Shown: in pieces, positions 1 to 10,861 of the stretch | Layout of the letters: each line of letters begins with the position of its first letter | Position numbering within the stretch: the first letter of the stretch is position 1 | Origin: an uncultured Actinomycetota bacterium | Lineage (GTDB): Bacteria > Actinomycetota > Actinomycetes > Actinomycetales > Kineosporiaceae | DNA: 32,000 bases | Direction of reading: 5' to 3' | NCBI GenBank assembly: GCA_963710915.1 | Contig: CAVQCD010000008.1 | Coordinates: forward strand, 284,129 to 316,128 | Translations under genes and position numbers: made by a program | Notes under the pieces: model-generated | What the model was told of the DNA's origin: nothing | Database searches by the model: none | Seen by the model: only the letters and a program-made list of their open reading frames with translations

Positions 1-1118
<1,118 letters not shown>

Positions 1119-1189
1119 CGGCTCAGTCTGGCACCCGCAGGACCGGACGGCCCGAGGTGGACCGCCGCCGCGGCTGCCATGATGCGGCC

Positions 1190-1696
1190 ATGCTGCCCAC
1201 GCTGTTCACCATCGAGCGAGGCCACCCCGGCCGCCTGTCCACCATGGCGCACCCGCGCGGCGGGGACTGGCTGGCCGACGAGATGGGCGGGCTCTCCCGG
1301 GCCGGGGTCGACGTGCTGGTCAGCCTGCTGACCGAGGCCGAGGAGCACGAACTGCATCTGGACGACGAGCAGCGGCTGGCCCGTGCGGCGGGCCTGGACT
1401 TCCGCCGGCTGCCCACCGCCGATCTGTCCGTGCCTTCCCGGGTGGCCACGCTGGCTCTGGCCTCGGAACTGGCAGCCGACCTGGCCGCCGGACGCGAGGT
1501 GGCCGTGCACTGCCGGATGGGCATCGGCCGCGCCTCCACCCTGGCGGCCACCATCCTGGTGCAGGAAGGCGTGACGGCGGACGAGGCCTGGCAGCGGATC
1601 ACGGCCGCGCGGGGCCTGCCGGTGCCCGACACCCTGGACCAGGTGGACTTCGTGCGTGCCGTGGCCGCCGAGCACCAGCGCGCCCGCCACAGCTGA
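1190..1696 (+). CDS. Cys-based protein phosphatase (dual-specificity / PTP-like fold)
   Basis: The internal ATG at 1190 of track ORF 1013..1696 gives [11 protein letters not shown].... The HCX5R(S/T) P-loop is present as [12 protein letters not shown]. Sequence upstream of 1190 is Arg/Pro-rich and would overlap the divergent gene start. Confidence 0.7.
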   Translation: MLPTLFTIERGHPGRLSTMAHPRGGDWLADEMGGLSRAGVDVLVSLLTEAEEHELHLDDEQRLARAAGLDFRRLPTADLSVPSRVATLALASELAADLAAGREVAVHCRMGIGRASTLAATILVQEGVTADEAWQRITAARGLPVPDTLDQVDFVRAVAAEHQRARHS

Positions 1697-1729
1697 CCGT
1701 CGCGACGTCCGCCCGACGTCCGACCTACG

Positions 1730-1912
1730 TCAGGCCGGCGGCTGGGCGTCGTCCGCGGGCGGTGCCTCGGGTTCGGGGCTGTACCGCACCTTGCGCAGGT
1801 GCCCGGTCATGCTCCGGATCAGCAGGTAGGTGGCCACCGCCATCAGGAACAGGACCAGGAAGCCCAACCAGCCGGGGCCGAACCCCCGCGGGTCGTCCGC
1901 GTCCGCAGCCAT
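1730..1912 (-). CDS. Small single-pass membrane protein (hypothetical)
   Basis: This is the C-terminal 60 codons of track ORF 1730..2587: MAADADDPRGFGPGWLGFLVLFLMAVATYLLIRSM.... It has one clear hydrophobic helix and lies immediately downstream of mca. The start is uncertain (alternative ATG at 1939). Confidence 0.45.
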   Translation of the reverse strand: MAADADDPRGFGPGWLGFLVLFLMAVATYLLIRSMTGHLRKVRYSPEPEAPPADDAQPPA

Positions 1913-1944
1913 GATCGAAGCCGCTAGAGCCGACAGCATTGCCG

Positions 1945-2835
1945 TCACACCCTCACTCGTTCTCGTACCCCCGCGAACAGGTCGTCCTCGGGGGTCGGCG
2001 CATCCACCAGCGAGCGCACCAGCTGGTAGTCCTCGGTGGGCCAGACCTGCTGCTGCAGCTCCAGTGGGATGGAGAAGAACCATCCGTCCGGGTCGATCTG
2101 GGTGGCGTGGGCCAGCAGCGCCCGGTCGCGCACCTCGAAGTAGTCCCCGCAGTTGATCCGGGTGGTGATCGGCTGGTCCGGCTCGCTCCACTCGGGATCT
2201 GTGGTCCGCTTCTCCACCCAGTCGGCGAACGGCGAGACCAGCCCGGCCTCCAGGATGGCCGTGTGCATGGCCATGGTCTTCGCCCAGGAGAACACCCGGT
2301 CGTAGTACAGCTTCAGCGGCTGCCAGGCCGGGCCCGCGTGCGGGTAACGGTCGGGGTCGGCCGCGGCGTCGAAGGCCTCGACGGAGACCGTGTGGCACAT
2401 GATGTGATCGGGGTGCGGGTACCCGCCCTGCTCGTCGTAGGTCGTGATCACGTGGGGCTTGAAGTCGCGGATCAGGCGCACCAGCGGCGCCGCGGCGACC
2501 TCGACCGGTTCCAGCGCGAAACACCCGGCCGGCAGGGGCGGAGGTGGGTCGCCCTCGGGCAGACCGGAGTCGACGAAGCCCAGCCACTCGTGCCGGACGC
2601 CGAGCACGGCGACCGCGCGGGCCATCTCGTGCCGGCGGAACTCGGCGATGTCCCGCAGCAGGTCGGGGTCCTCCTTCAGCGCCGGGTTGAGCACGTCGCC
2701 GCGCTCGCCCCCGGTGCAGGTGACCACCATGACGTCGGCGCCCTCGGCGGCGTAGCGCGCCAGCGTGGCCGCGCCCTTGCTGGACTCGTCGTCCGGGTGC
2801 GCATGCACCGCCATCAGCCGTAGCCGGTCCGACAC
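1945..2835 (-). CDS. mca: Mycothiol S-conjugate amidase (LmbE/PIG-L family deacetylase-amidase)
   Basis: Carries the LMAVHAHPDDES metal-binding motif and YPHPDH. It is full length relative to the Mca/MshB family. The mca-DUF4307-greA arrangement matches the mycobacterial greA neighbourhood. The track start at 2874 is a TTG; the GTG at 2835 is preceded by AGGAGG with a 5-nt spacer. Confidence 0.8.
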   Translation of the reverse strand: MSDRLRLMAVHAHPDDESSKGAATLARYAAEGADVMVVTCTGGERGDVLNPALKEDPDLLRDIAEFRRHEMARAVAVLGVRHEWLGFVDSGLPEGDPPPPLPAGCFALEPVEVAAAPLVRLIRDFKPHVITTYDEQGGYPHPDHIMCHTVSVEAFDAAADPDRYPHAGPAWQPLKLYYDRVFSWAKTMAMHTAILEAGLVSPFADWVEKRTTDPEWSEPDQPITTRINCGDYFEVRDRALLAHATQIDPDGWFFSIPLELQQQVWPTEDYQLVRSLVDAPTPEDDLFAGVRERVRV

Positions 2836-2891
2836 CGTCACCTCCTGGTCAGGTGGAACCAGATCGCGAGACAATCCTCAGACCACCCATC

Positions 2892-3377
2892 ATGGCCGAT
2901 GCTGGTCCTGCCGATGCACAGCGGATGCAGACCGGCACCCAGGCGATCACCGCCGAGAGGGGCACCCGCCCGATGACAACGCCCGAACTGCTGGCCGAGC
3001 GCTACGGCCGGTCCACCGACCCGCTGGCGAACCGGCGCCGGTTGACGGCCGTCTTCGTGGTGTTCGTCGTGGTCGCCGTGGCCTTCATGGCCTGGGCCGC
3101 GGCCGGGCGCAGCCGGGGCAACGTCGAGTGGACCGAGCTCGGCATGGACAATGCCTCACTCACCCCGGGCTCCGCGACGTTCGAGTTCCAGCTCTCCCTT
3201 CCGCCCGGGCGCCAGGCCACGTGCACCGTGCGCGCGGTCAACGACCGGATGACCGAGGTGGGCCGCAAGGACGTCGTGCTCGGGCCCACCGACAGCGGCC
3301 GGCTGATCACCAACGTCACCGTGCGCACCGTCGAACTCGCCGCCGGTGGCGGGATCAAGGCCTGCGTGCTCAGCTGA
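2892..3377 (+). CDS. DUF4307-like membrane protein
   Basis: Track ORF 2853..3377. It has the ...LLAERYGR... N-terminus, then a TM helix (LTAVFVVFVVVAVAFMAWAAA), then a beta-rich domain. It sits in the conserved position between mca and greA. The start is uncertain: ATG at 2892, or ATG at 2973 which has GAGAGGGG upstream. Confidence 0.55.
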   Translation: MADAGPADAQRMQTGTQAITAERGTRPMTTPELLAERYGRSTDPLANRRRLTAVFVVFVVVAVAFMAWAAAGRSRGNVEWTELGMDNASLTPGSATFEFQLSLPPGRQATCTVRAVNDRMTEVGRKDVVLGPTDSGRLITNVTVRTVELAAGGGIKACVLS

Positions 3378-3434
3378 CGCTTGCTAACCTCGACCGCTTC
3401 CCCTCTGCTCGCTTCCCCGACGTATGGAGTTCCC

Positions 3435-3926
3435 GTGACCGAGACCAGCGCCGTGACCTGGCTGACCCAGGAGGCCTTCGACCGCCTGAACACTGAGCTG
3501 GAGCACCTCAGCGGGCCGGGGCGCACCGAGATCGCCAAGAAGATCGAGGAGGCGCGCCAGGAGGGCGACCTGCGCGAGAACGGCGGGTACCACGCGGCCA
3601 AGGAGGAGCAGGGCAAGCGGGAGGCCCGGATCCGCCAGCTGCGTCAGCTTCTGCAGAACGCCCAGGTGGGCGACGCGCCGACCAGCACCGACGGCAGCGT
3701 CACTCCCGGGATGGTGGTCACGGTGGACATGGCCGGTGACGAGATGACCTTCCTGCTCGGCCACCGCGAGGTCGGCGGCGACACCGACCTGGACGTCTAC
3801 AGCGAGAAGAGCCCGCTGGGCTCGGCGATCCTCGGCCGCAAGGTGGGCGAGACCGGCAGCTACACCGCCCCCAACGGCAAGCAGATCTCGGTGAAGGTCG
3901 TCTCCGCCACCCCCTTCACCGGCTGA
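3435..3926 (+). CDS. greA: Transcription elongation factor GreA
   Basis: WLTQEAFDRLNTELEHLSGPGRTEIAKKIEEARQEGDLRENGGYHAAKEEQGKREARIRQL is the canonical GreA coiled-coil. The C-terminal domain follows (SEKSPLGSAILGRKVGE). The GTG at 3435 is preceded by GGAG; the track N-terminal extension from 3381 is rejected. Confidence 0.92.
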   Translation: MTETSAVTWLTQEAFDRLNTELEHLSGPGRTEIAKKIEEARQEGDLRENGGYHAAKEEQGKREARIRQLRQLLQNAQVGDAPTSTDGSVTPGMVVTVDMAGDEMTFLLGHREVGGDTDLDVYSEKSPLGSAILGRKVGETGSYTAPNGKQISVKVVSATPFTG

Positions 3927-3957
3927 CCAAACCCGCTCAGGTCTTCGGAGGTTGGGT

Positions 3958-5208
3958 TCAGGCCGGGAGGCGGGGGTAGGGGGCGTGGTCCAGGGCGGCG
4001 AGAACCTGGGCGGAGTGGGCGTGGCCGAGGGTCTCCAGGCGTAGTCCGAGCTCCACCTCGTCCACCGACATCTGCGGACCGTTGCGCACGTGCTCCACCT
4101 CCAGCACGTTCGCGCCCTGCGCCGCCAGCAGGGCAAGCAGCGCAGCGAGCGCTCCCGGCCGGTCCGGCAGCCGTAGCCGCAGCTGCAGATACCGCCCGGC
4201 CGAGGCCATCCCGTGCCGGATCACCCGCAGCATCAGCAGCGGATCGATGTTCCCCCCGGAGAGCACCGCCACCACCGGCGCCGCGAGCCGGGGCCCGATC
4301 GCCTCGTCCATCAGGGCGGCCACCCCCACGGCGCCGGCCGGTTCGACCACGCTCTTGGCCCGTTCCAGCAGCAGCAGCAGGGCCCGGGAGATCTGTTCCT
4401 CCCCGACCGTCACCACCTCGTCGACCAGGTCGCGGACCAGCGGGAAGGTGAGCTCACCGGGGCGGGCCACCGCGATCCCGTCGGCCATCGTCGCCATCGC
4501 CTCCAGCCGTACCGGGTGTCCGGCCTGCAGGGACGGCGGGAACGCGGCGGCCCCGGCCGCCTGGACGCCCACCACGCGCACGTCGGGGCGCAGCGCGCGG
4601 ACGGCGGCAGCCACACCGCTGACCAGTCCTCCTCCGCCGACGGCCACCAGCACCGTGCGCACCTGCGGGCACTGCTCGAGCAGTTCGAGCCCGAGCGTGC
4701 CCTGCCCGGCGATCACATCCGGGTGGTCGAACGGATGGACCAGGACGGCGCCGGTACGCCGCGCCTGCTCGGCCGCGGCCACCAGCGCCTCGTCGACCGT
4801 GGTCCCGGCCAGCGTCACCTCGGCCCCGTAGCCGCGGGTGGCCTCGAGCTTGGGCAGCGGAGCACCCTGGGGCATGAAGACCTGGGCACGGATGCCGAGC
4901 AGCCGCGCCGCCAGGGCCACGCCCTGGGCGTGGTTGCCGGCGCTGGCCGCCACCACGCCCCGAGCGCGCTCGTCGGGCCCGAGCCGAGAAAGCCGGGTGT
5001 AGGCGCCGCGCAGCTTGAACGAGCCCGTGCGCTGCCGGTTCTCGTACTTCAGGTGCACCTCGCCGCCGATCCGCTCGGCCAGCGCACGGCACGGTTCGAC
5101 CGGGGTGCGCCGGACGACGCCGCGCAGGGCGAGCGCCGCCGCCTCGATGTCGGCGAGGGTCACCGGAGGGCGCTCTGCCGGGATCTGGGCACTGGGCATG
5201 GCGGGCAT
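3958..5208 (-). CDS. ilvA: Threonine ammonia-lyase (threonine dehydratase), PLP-dependent, with C-terminal ACT-like domain
   Basis: Carries the PLP-lysine motif TGSFKLRGA, AASAGNHAQG and the glycine loop VAVGGGGLVSG, plus a C-terminal regulatory domain. The start is taken at ATG 5208 (alternative 5199); the track start at 5280 adds an unlikely leader. Confidence 0.85.
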   Translation of the reverse strand: MPAMPSAQIPAERPPVTLADIEAAALALRGVVRRTPVEPCRALAERIGGEVHLKYENRQRTGSFKLRGAYTRLSRLGPDERARGVVAASAGNHAQGVALAARLLGIRAQVFMPQGAPLPKLEATRGYGAEVTLAGTTVDEALVAAAEQARRTGAVLVHPFDHPDVIAGQGTLGLELLEQCPQVRTVLVAVGGGGLVSGVAAAVRALRPDVRVVGVQAAGAAAFPPSLQAGHPVRLEAMATMADGIAVARPGELTFPLVRDLVDEVVTVGEEQISRALLLLLERAKSVVEPAGAVGVAALMDEAIGPRLAAPVVAVLSGGNIDPLLMLRVIRHGMASAGRYLQLRLRLPDRPGALAALLALLAAQGANVLEVEHVRNGPQMSVDEVELGLRLETLGHAHSAQVLAALDHAPYPRLPA

Positions 5209-5297
5209 CGTGGCACGTCGAGCGGCCGACGTCCCTAGCGACCGTGCCCGGACTAGGGCAACGTCGTGAGGACCTGTCACCGACCAAGGGGAACACC

Positions 5298-6203
5298 ATG
5301 GCTCGCCGTCCCGTCCTCACGCTCACCTTCGGCCTCCTCGCCGCCTCGCTCGCCCTCGGCGGCTGCGGTTCGGACTCCCTGTCCACCGCCTCCTCCGGCA
5401 GCGCAGCCCCCTCGGCCAGTGCCCAGGCCAAGGACGACGCCCTGGCCGCCAAGCTGCCGGAGAAGATCAGGGCGGCGGGGAAGATCGTGGTCGGCACCGA
5501 CGCCACCTACGCGCCGAACGAGTTCCTGGACGCCGACGGCAAGACGGTGAAGGGGATGGACGTCGACCTGTTCAACGCGGTCGCACAGACGTTGGGGGTC
5601 ACCGTGGAGTGGGTCCCGGCCAAGTTCGACTCGATCATCCTCGGCGTCGGCAGCGGCAAGTTCGACGTGGGCGTCTCCAGCTTCACCATCAACGACAAGC
5701 GCAAGCAGGAAGTCACCATGGTGAGCTACTTCAACGCCGGCACCCAGTGGGTGGTCGCCAAGGGCAACCCGAAGAAGGTCGACCCGGACAACGCCTGCGG
5801 CCTGAACATCGCCGTCCAGCAGGGCACCGTGCAGGCCGACGACGACATCCCCGCCCGGAGCAAGAAGTGCACCGACGCCGGCAAGCCGGCGATCAACCCG
5901 CTGATCGACGCCGACCAGGGCAAGGTCACCACCACGGTGATCGCCGGCAAGGCCGACGCCATGCTCGCCGACTCCCCCGTCGGCCTGTACGCCATCCAGC
6001 AGACCGGCGGCCAGCTCGAGGCCGTGGGTGACATCTACGACGCGGCTCCGTACGGCTACGTGGTGGCCAAGGACCAGACCGACTTCGCCCAGGCCCTCGC
6101 CGACGCCCTCACGAAGCTGAACACCGACGGCACCTACCTGAAGGCCCTCGCAGCGTGGGGCAACGAGTCCGGCGCGATCACCGACTTCGCGGTCAACCCG
6201 TGA
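5298..6203 (+). CDS. Polar amino-acid ABC transporter substrate-binding lipoprotein (SBP family 3)
   Basis: ATG 5298 follows AAGGGGA. The signal peptide has a lipobox (LALGGCGS). The body is typical of the family (KIVVGTDATYAPNEF..., GKFDVGVSSFTI). Confidence 0.85.
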   Translation: MARRPVLTLTFGLLAASLALGGCGSDSLSTASSGSAAPSASAQAKDDALAAKLPEKIRAAGKIVVGTDATYAPNEFLDADGKTVKGMDVDLFNAVAQTLGVTVEWVPAKFDSIILGVGSGKFDVGVSSFTINDKRKQEVTMVSYFNAGTQWVVAKGNPKKVDPDNACGLNIAVQQGTVQADDDIPARSKKCTDAGKPAINPLIDADQGKVTTTVIAGKADAMLADSPVGLYAIQQTGGQLEAVGDIYDAAPYGYVVAKDQTDFAQALADALTKLNTDGTYLKALAAWGNESGAITDFAVNP

Positions 6204-7149
6204 CCACGGTGACCGAGCTGGACCGGCCGGGCGCCATCGACGCCCGGCCGGTCCGGCATCCGTGGCGTTGGGTCGCCATCGCCGGGATCGCGGTGCTGGT
6301 GGCCATGATGATCAACTCATTCGTGACCAACCCGCGGTGGGACTTCGCGTTCGCCTTCCAGATCATGCAGCAGCGGCCGGTGATCGAGGGCCTGTGGATC
6401 GGCACCATCTTCGGCACCGCCGCCTCCATGATCCTCGGCGTCGGTCTGGGCGTCGTGATCGCGATCATGCGACTGTCGGAGAACCCGATCCTGCGCGGGG
6501 TCTCCTTCGTCTACACCTGGTTCTTCCGGGCCATGCCGCGCTACGTGCTGCTCGCCATCCTGGGCATCGGGGTGGCGTTCCTCTACCCCCAGATCCGGCT
6601 CGGGGTGCCGTTCGGGCAGGAGATCGGGTCACTGCTCGGGCTGGACACGGACCTCACCGTCGTCGGCCTGAACTGGAACCGGCTCTCCAGCACGATCTGG
6701 GTCGGGATCCTCGGGCTGGGCCTGTCCGAGGCGGCCTACATGGCCGAGATCGCCCGGGCAGGAATCCTGTCGGTCGACCCGGGTCAGCGTGAGGCGGCCC
6801 AGGCACTGGGGATGAGCAGCACCCGCACCATGTGGCGGATCGTGCTCCCCCAGGCGATGCGGGTGATCGTTCCCCCGACCGGCAACGAGACGATCGCCAT
6901 GGTGAAGGACACCTCGCTGCTGATCGCCATCCCGATCAACACCGAGCTGTACTTCCAGGCGTACCAGTTCGGCCAGCGGGCCTTCAAGATCATGCCCGCC
7001 TTCGTCGCCGCAACCGTCTGGTACCTCGTGGTCTGCTCGCTGATGATGGTGGTCCAGACCTACCTGGAGCGCTACTTCGGACGCGGCTTCGGCGAGCCCC
7101 GGCCCAGGAACAAACGGTTCGCCCGCCCCGGCGGGATGGGCGGCGCCTG

Positions 7150-7150
<1 letters not shown>
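6200..7150 (+). CDS. Amino-acid ABC transporter permease
   Basis: GTG 6200 overlaps the SBP stop (GTGA). There are multiple TM segments. The EAA-loop region reads LSEAAYMAEIARAGILSVDPGQREAAQALGMS. Confidence 0.85.
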
Positions 7151-7980
<830 letters not shown>

Positions 7981-9366
7981 TCAGAGGACGAGCCCGGCCA
8001 GGGTCCCGCCGGTCAGGGCGGCGGCCGTGGCCGGGTGATGTTCGGCGAGCAGCCCGGCGGCGAACAGCACGTAGCGCTCGTCGACCGCGACCCGGGCGCG
8101 GTCGGGCACCCTCCACCCGCCGGCGTGGTCGTCGGTGAGCGGCTCGAGGACGGCACGTCGCAGGGCGGCATCACCGTGCCGCAGCACCCCTCCGCTGCCG
8201 ACCACCAGGGTCACGTCACGCAACGGCCGGGGGTCGGCGCCGGGCGTGCCCGGACGCCCGTGCCGGCGCACCGCGACCCGCACGGCGAGCGCAGCGAGTG
8301 CCTGTTCGCACGCCCGTTGACCGGCGCCCTCCGGCAGGTGTGCGGGGTCGGCGGCGACCAGTCGGGCGTAGTCGGTCAGTCGGTCCGCCCCGGGCAGGCC
8401 GGGAGCGTCCAGCAGGTGTTCCGACTGCGCCGCGTCGAGGACGCCGGGAGCGCTCCAACGCATGCCCAGGTCGCCCTCCACCGTGCGTGCCTGCCACGCC
8501 AGACCGGCGACGTCGGCCCGGCGGTGGGCCTCCTCCTCGCTGGGGGTGATCACCGAGTAGACGTCGGTGGTCGCTCCGCCGACGTCCACCACCAACACGT
8601 CGCCGGCCACCTCGGCCAGCACCTCGACCCCGGCCAGGACGGCGTCCGGCGTCGGGGCCTGCACCAGCCGGGAGAACCGCACGCCGTCCAGAGCCTTGCG
8701 GGACAAGCCCTTCCCACCGATCACGTGCTCCAGGAACATCGCCCGGATCGCCGCTCGGGCCGGCCCCGGGGCCAGCTCCCCGATCCGCGGCAGCACGTTG
8801 GCCGCCACCCGCACGGTGCGGCCACGGCCGGCCAGCTCGGCCCGGGCGTCCTGCGCGGCGTCCGCGTTGCCGGCCAGCACCACCGGCACCGGAAGGCGGG
8901 CGATGCCGAGCCGGGAGGCGTTGTGCAGCAACACGTCTGCGTTACCACCGTCGGTGCCGCCGACCAGCAGCAGGACGTCGGGCGCGGCGGCGCGCAGTGC
9001 GGCCAGCCCGGCGCCGTCCAGCGGGCCGGCGTGCACATGCACCACCTTGCCGCCGGCCGACAGGGCGACCCTCCGGCCGGCCTGCGCGGTGACCAGCCGT
9101 TCGTAACCGACCACGGCCAGGCGCAGCCCGCCGCCGGCGCTGGAGCAGACCAGCAGTCCCTCCCCGCGCAGGGTGCGCACCGGTACGCCCGCGGCCCGCG
9201 CCACCTGATCCCGGACCGCGGCCACGCCGTCCAGCACATCGCCGGAGGGCGCAAGCGTGGTCGGGGCCGAGGCGGTCGCGAGCAGCGCCCCGCCGGCGGC
9301 GTCGACCAGCACGCCTTTGGTGAAGGTCGACCCGACGTCCACGCACAGCACCGGCTGCGTGCTCAC
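7981..9366 (-). CDS. Glutamate mutase L (GlmL/MutL-like) ASKHA-fold protein, orphan
   Basis: Two actin-like phosphate motifs are present (VDVGSTFTKG at the N-terminus, VVDVGGATTDVY internally). Overall length is 461 aa. The start is GTG 9366, 10 nt after the metB stop. No glutamate mutase S or E subunit genes are nearby. Confidence 0.6.
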   Translation of the reverse strand: MSTQPVLCVDVGSTFTKGVLVDAAGGALLATASAPTTLAPSGDVLDGVAAVRDQVARAAGVPVRTLRGEGLLVCSSAGGGLRLAVVGYERLVTAQAGRRVALSAGGKVVHVHAGPLDGAGLAALRAAAPDVLLLVGGTDGGNADVLLHNASRLGIARLPVPVVLAGNADAAQDARAELAGRGRTVRVAANVLPRIGELAPGPARAAIRAMFLEHVIGGKGLSRKALDGVRFSRLVQAPTPDAVLAGVEVLAEVAGDVLVVDVGGATTDVYSVITPSEEEAHRRADVAGLAWQARTVEGDLGMRWSAPGVLDAAQSEHLLDAPGLPGADRLTDYARLVAADPAHLPEGAGQRACEQALAALAVRVAVRRHGRPGTPGADPRPLRDVTLVVGSGGVLRHGDAALRRAVLEPLTDDHAGGWRVPDRARVAVDERYVLFAAGLLAEHHPATAAALTGGTLAGLVL

Positions 9367-9376
9367 TCCGAGCGCC

Positions 9377-10633
9377 TCAGCTCAGGGCGCGGTCGAGGTC
9401 GGCGATCAGGTCGTCGGCGTCCTCGAGACCCACCGAGAGCCGCACCAGGTCACCCGGGACCTCGAGCGCCGACCCGGCGACCGAGGCGTGCGTCATCCGG
9501 CCCGGGTGCTCGATCAACGACTCGACCCCGCCCAGGCTCTCGCCGAGGGTGAACACCTCGGTGCGCTTGCACACGGTCAGGGCGTCCTCCTCACCGCCGA
9601 CCAGGCGCAGGCTGACCATGCCGCCGAAGCGGCGCATCTGCTTCTGCGCCACGTCGTGGCCGGGGTGGTCGGGCAACCCGGGGTAGAGCACCTCGCGCAC
9701 CCGGCGGTGGCCGAGCAGATACTCCACGATCCGTTCGGCGTTGTCGCAGTGCCGCTCCATGCGGACGGCCAGGGTCTTCAGGCCCCGCTGCACCAGCCAG
9801 GAGTCGAACGGCCCGGCGACGGCACCCATGGCGTTCTGGTGGAAGGCGACCCGTTCGGCCAGCGCGGGCCCGACGTCGCCGATGCCGTCCAGCCAGGGCA
9901 CCTGGGCATCCCCGACCACCAGGGCACCACCGACCACATCGCTGTGTCCGCCGGCGTACTTGGTCGTGGAGTGCACCACCACGTCGGCGCCCAGTCCGAG
10001 GGGGTTCTGCAGATACGGGGTGGCGAAGGTGTTGTCGACCACCAGCAGGGCCCCCGCCTCGTGGGCAACCTGCGCCAGCGCGGCGATGTCGGCGATCGAC
10101 AGCAGCGGGTTGGTAGGCGTCTCCACCCACACCACCCGGGTCTGGCCGGGCCGGACGGCCCGGGCGACCGCGTCGACGTCCGCCAGGTGCACGGGCGTGT
10201 GTTGCACGCCCCAGGGGCCGGCCACCCGCGCGATCAACCGGTAGGTCCCGCCGTAGGCGTCGTCCGGGATCACCATGTGGTCGCCCGGGCCGGTGACCGC
10301 GCGGATCAGCGTGTCCTCCGCGGCCAGGCCCGAGGCGAAGGCGAAGGCGCGCACCAGGCGACCGCTGGACGGCGCCTCGAGCGCGCCCAGGCACTCCTCC
10401 AGCGCCGTCCGGGTGGGGTTGCCGCTGCGGCTGTACTCGTACCCGGTGCCGAGCCCGGTGCGCAGACCACCGACGCCGTCCTGCTTGTAGGTGCTGACCT
10501 GGTAGATCGGGGTCACCACCGCGCCGGTGGAGGGGTCGGGCTCGCTGCCGGCGTGAATGGCTCGGGTCGAGAAGCCGCGGCCGAGCCACTGCAGGTGGTC
10601 GGGCCGGGGGTCGGGGGTTGTTCCGCTGGTCAC
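9377..10633 (-). CDS. metB: Cystathionine gamma-synthase / gamma-lyase family PLP enzyme
   Basis: RAIHAG...YEYSRSGNPT... is present, along with the PLP-lysine motif VHSTTKYAGGHSDV. Third-position GC bias begins near GTG 10633 and is absent in the track extension up to 10774. Synthase versus lyase cannot be resolved by eye. Confidence 0.8.
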   Translation of the reverse strand: MTSGTTPDPRPDHLQWLGRGFSTRAIHAGSEPDPSTGAVVTPIYQVSTYKQDGVGGLRTGLGTGYEYSRSGNPTRTALEECLGALEAPSSGRLVRAFAFASGLAAEDTLIRAVTGPGDHMVIPDDAYGGTYRLIARVAGPWGVQHTPVHLADVDAVARAVRPGQTRVVWVETPTNPLLSIADIAALAQVAHEAGALLVVDNTFATPYLQNPLGLGADVVVHSTTKYAGGHSDVVGGALVVGDAQVPWLDGIGDVGPALAERVAFHQNAMGAVAGPFDSWLVQRGLKTLAVRMERHCDNAERIVEYLLGHRRVREVLYPGLPDHPGHDVAQKQMRRFGGMVSLRLVGGEEDALTVCKRTEVFTLGESLGGVESLIEHPGRMTHASVAGSALEVPGDLVRLSVGLEDADDLIADLDRALS

Positions 10634-10684
10634 CCGGCAAAGGTACGGGAGAACAACGGGCTGACCAGCGCGTAGTTGGTCAGC
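10625..10684 (-). promoter_or_regulatory. Candidate structured leader of metB with mutually exclusive hairpins, one occluding the start codon
   Basis: On the minus strand, GCTGGTCA (10669-10662) is perfectly complementary to two other segments. One is GCTGACCA (10684-10677), giving 8 bp with a 7-nt loop. The other is TGACCAGC (10632-10625), giving 8 bp and overlapping GTG 10633. Confidence 0.3.
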
Positions 10685-10861
10685 TACGCTGCGTCCGGAG
10701 AATCCCCGGGGGTACATCGGCTCGTCGTAACGTGATCGCAATCCAAAAGCCGGGCCCCGCCCGTTCGGGAACACCCGGCCTCACGGTACGTTGGAAGACG
10801 GGGGCCCGCTTGTCGCGCCCCCGGCGGTGGGGACTGTGCACGCGGGGAGAGTGGGGGGCGA

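Noticed and set aside
3927-3957. A bidirectional terminator between convergent greA and ilvA, and similarly at 12626-12653 between the kinase and hypE (CCGGGCCCGG, CCCCGAGGGG).
   Set aside because: Only 3-5 bp stems with cramped loops can be drawn, and there is no U-tract. This is too weak to call.
9377-10774. N-terminal extensions implied by the track's first-possible-start rule. Examples are metB to 10774, greA from 3381, ilvA to 5280, mca to the TTG at 2874, the NHL gene to 18817, the NifU-Rieske gene to 19695, the DUF1641 gene to 26322 and the TIM barrel from 29616.
   Set aside because: The extensions lose third-position GC bias, overlap neighbouring genes, or lack a Shine-Dalgarno sequence. 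Internal ATG or GTG starts with Shine-Dalgarno-like sequences or stop/start overlaps fit family N-termini better.
10634-10861. A known SAM-type riboswitch (SAM-I, SAM-II or SAM-IV) in the metB leader.
   Set aside because: I could not find the conserved core elements I remember for these classes, such as GAGGGA or GCAACC-type segments. The region is reported only as an unclassified structured leader, and an Infernal scan is needed.
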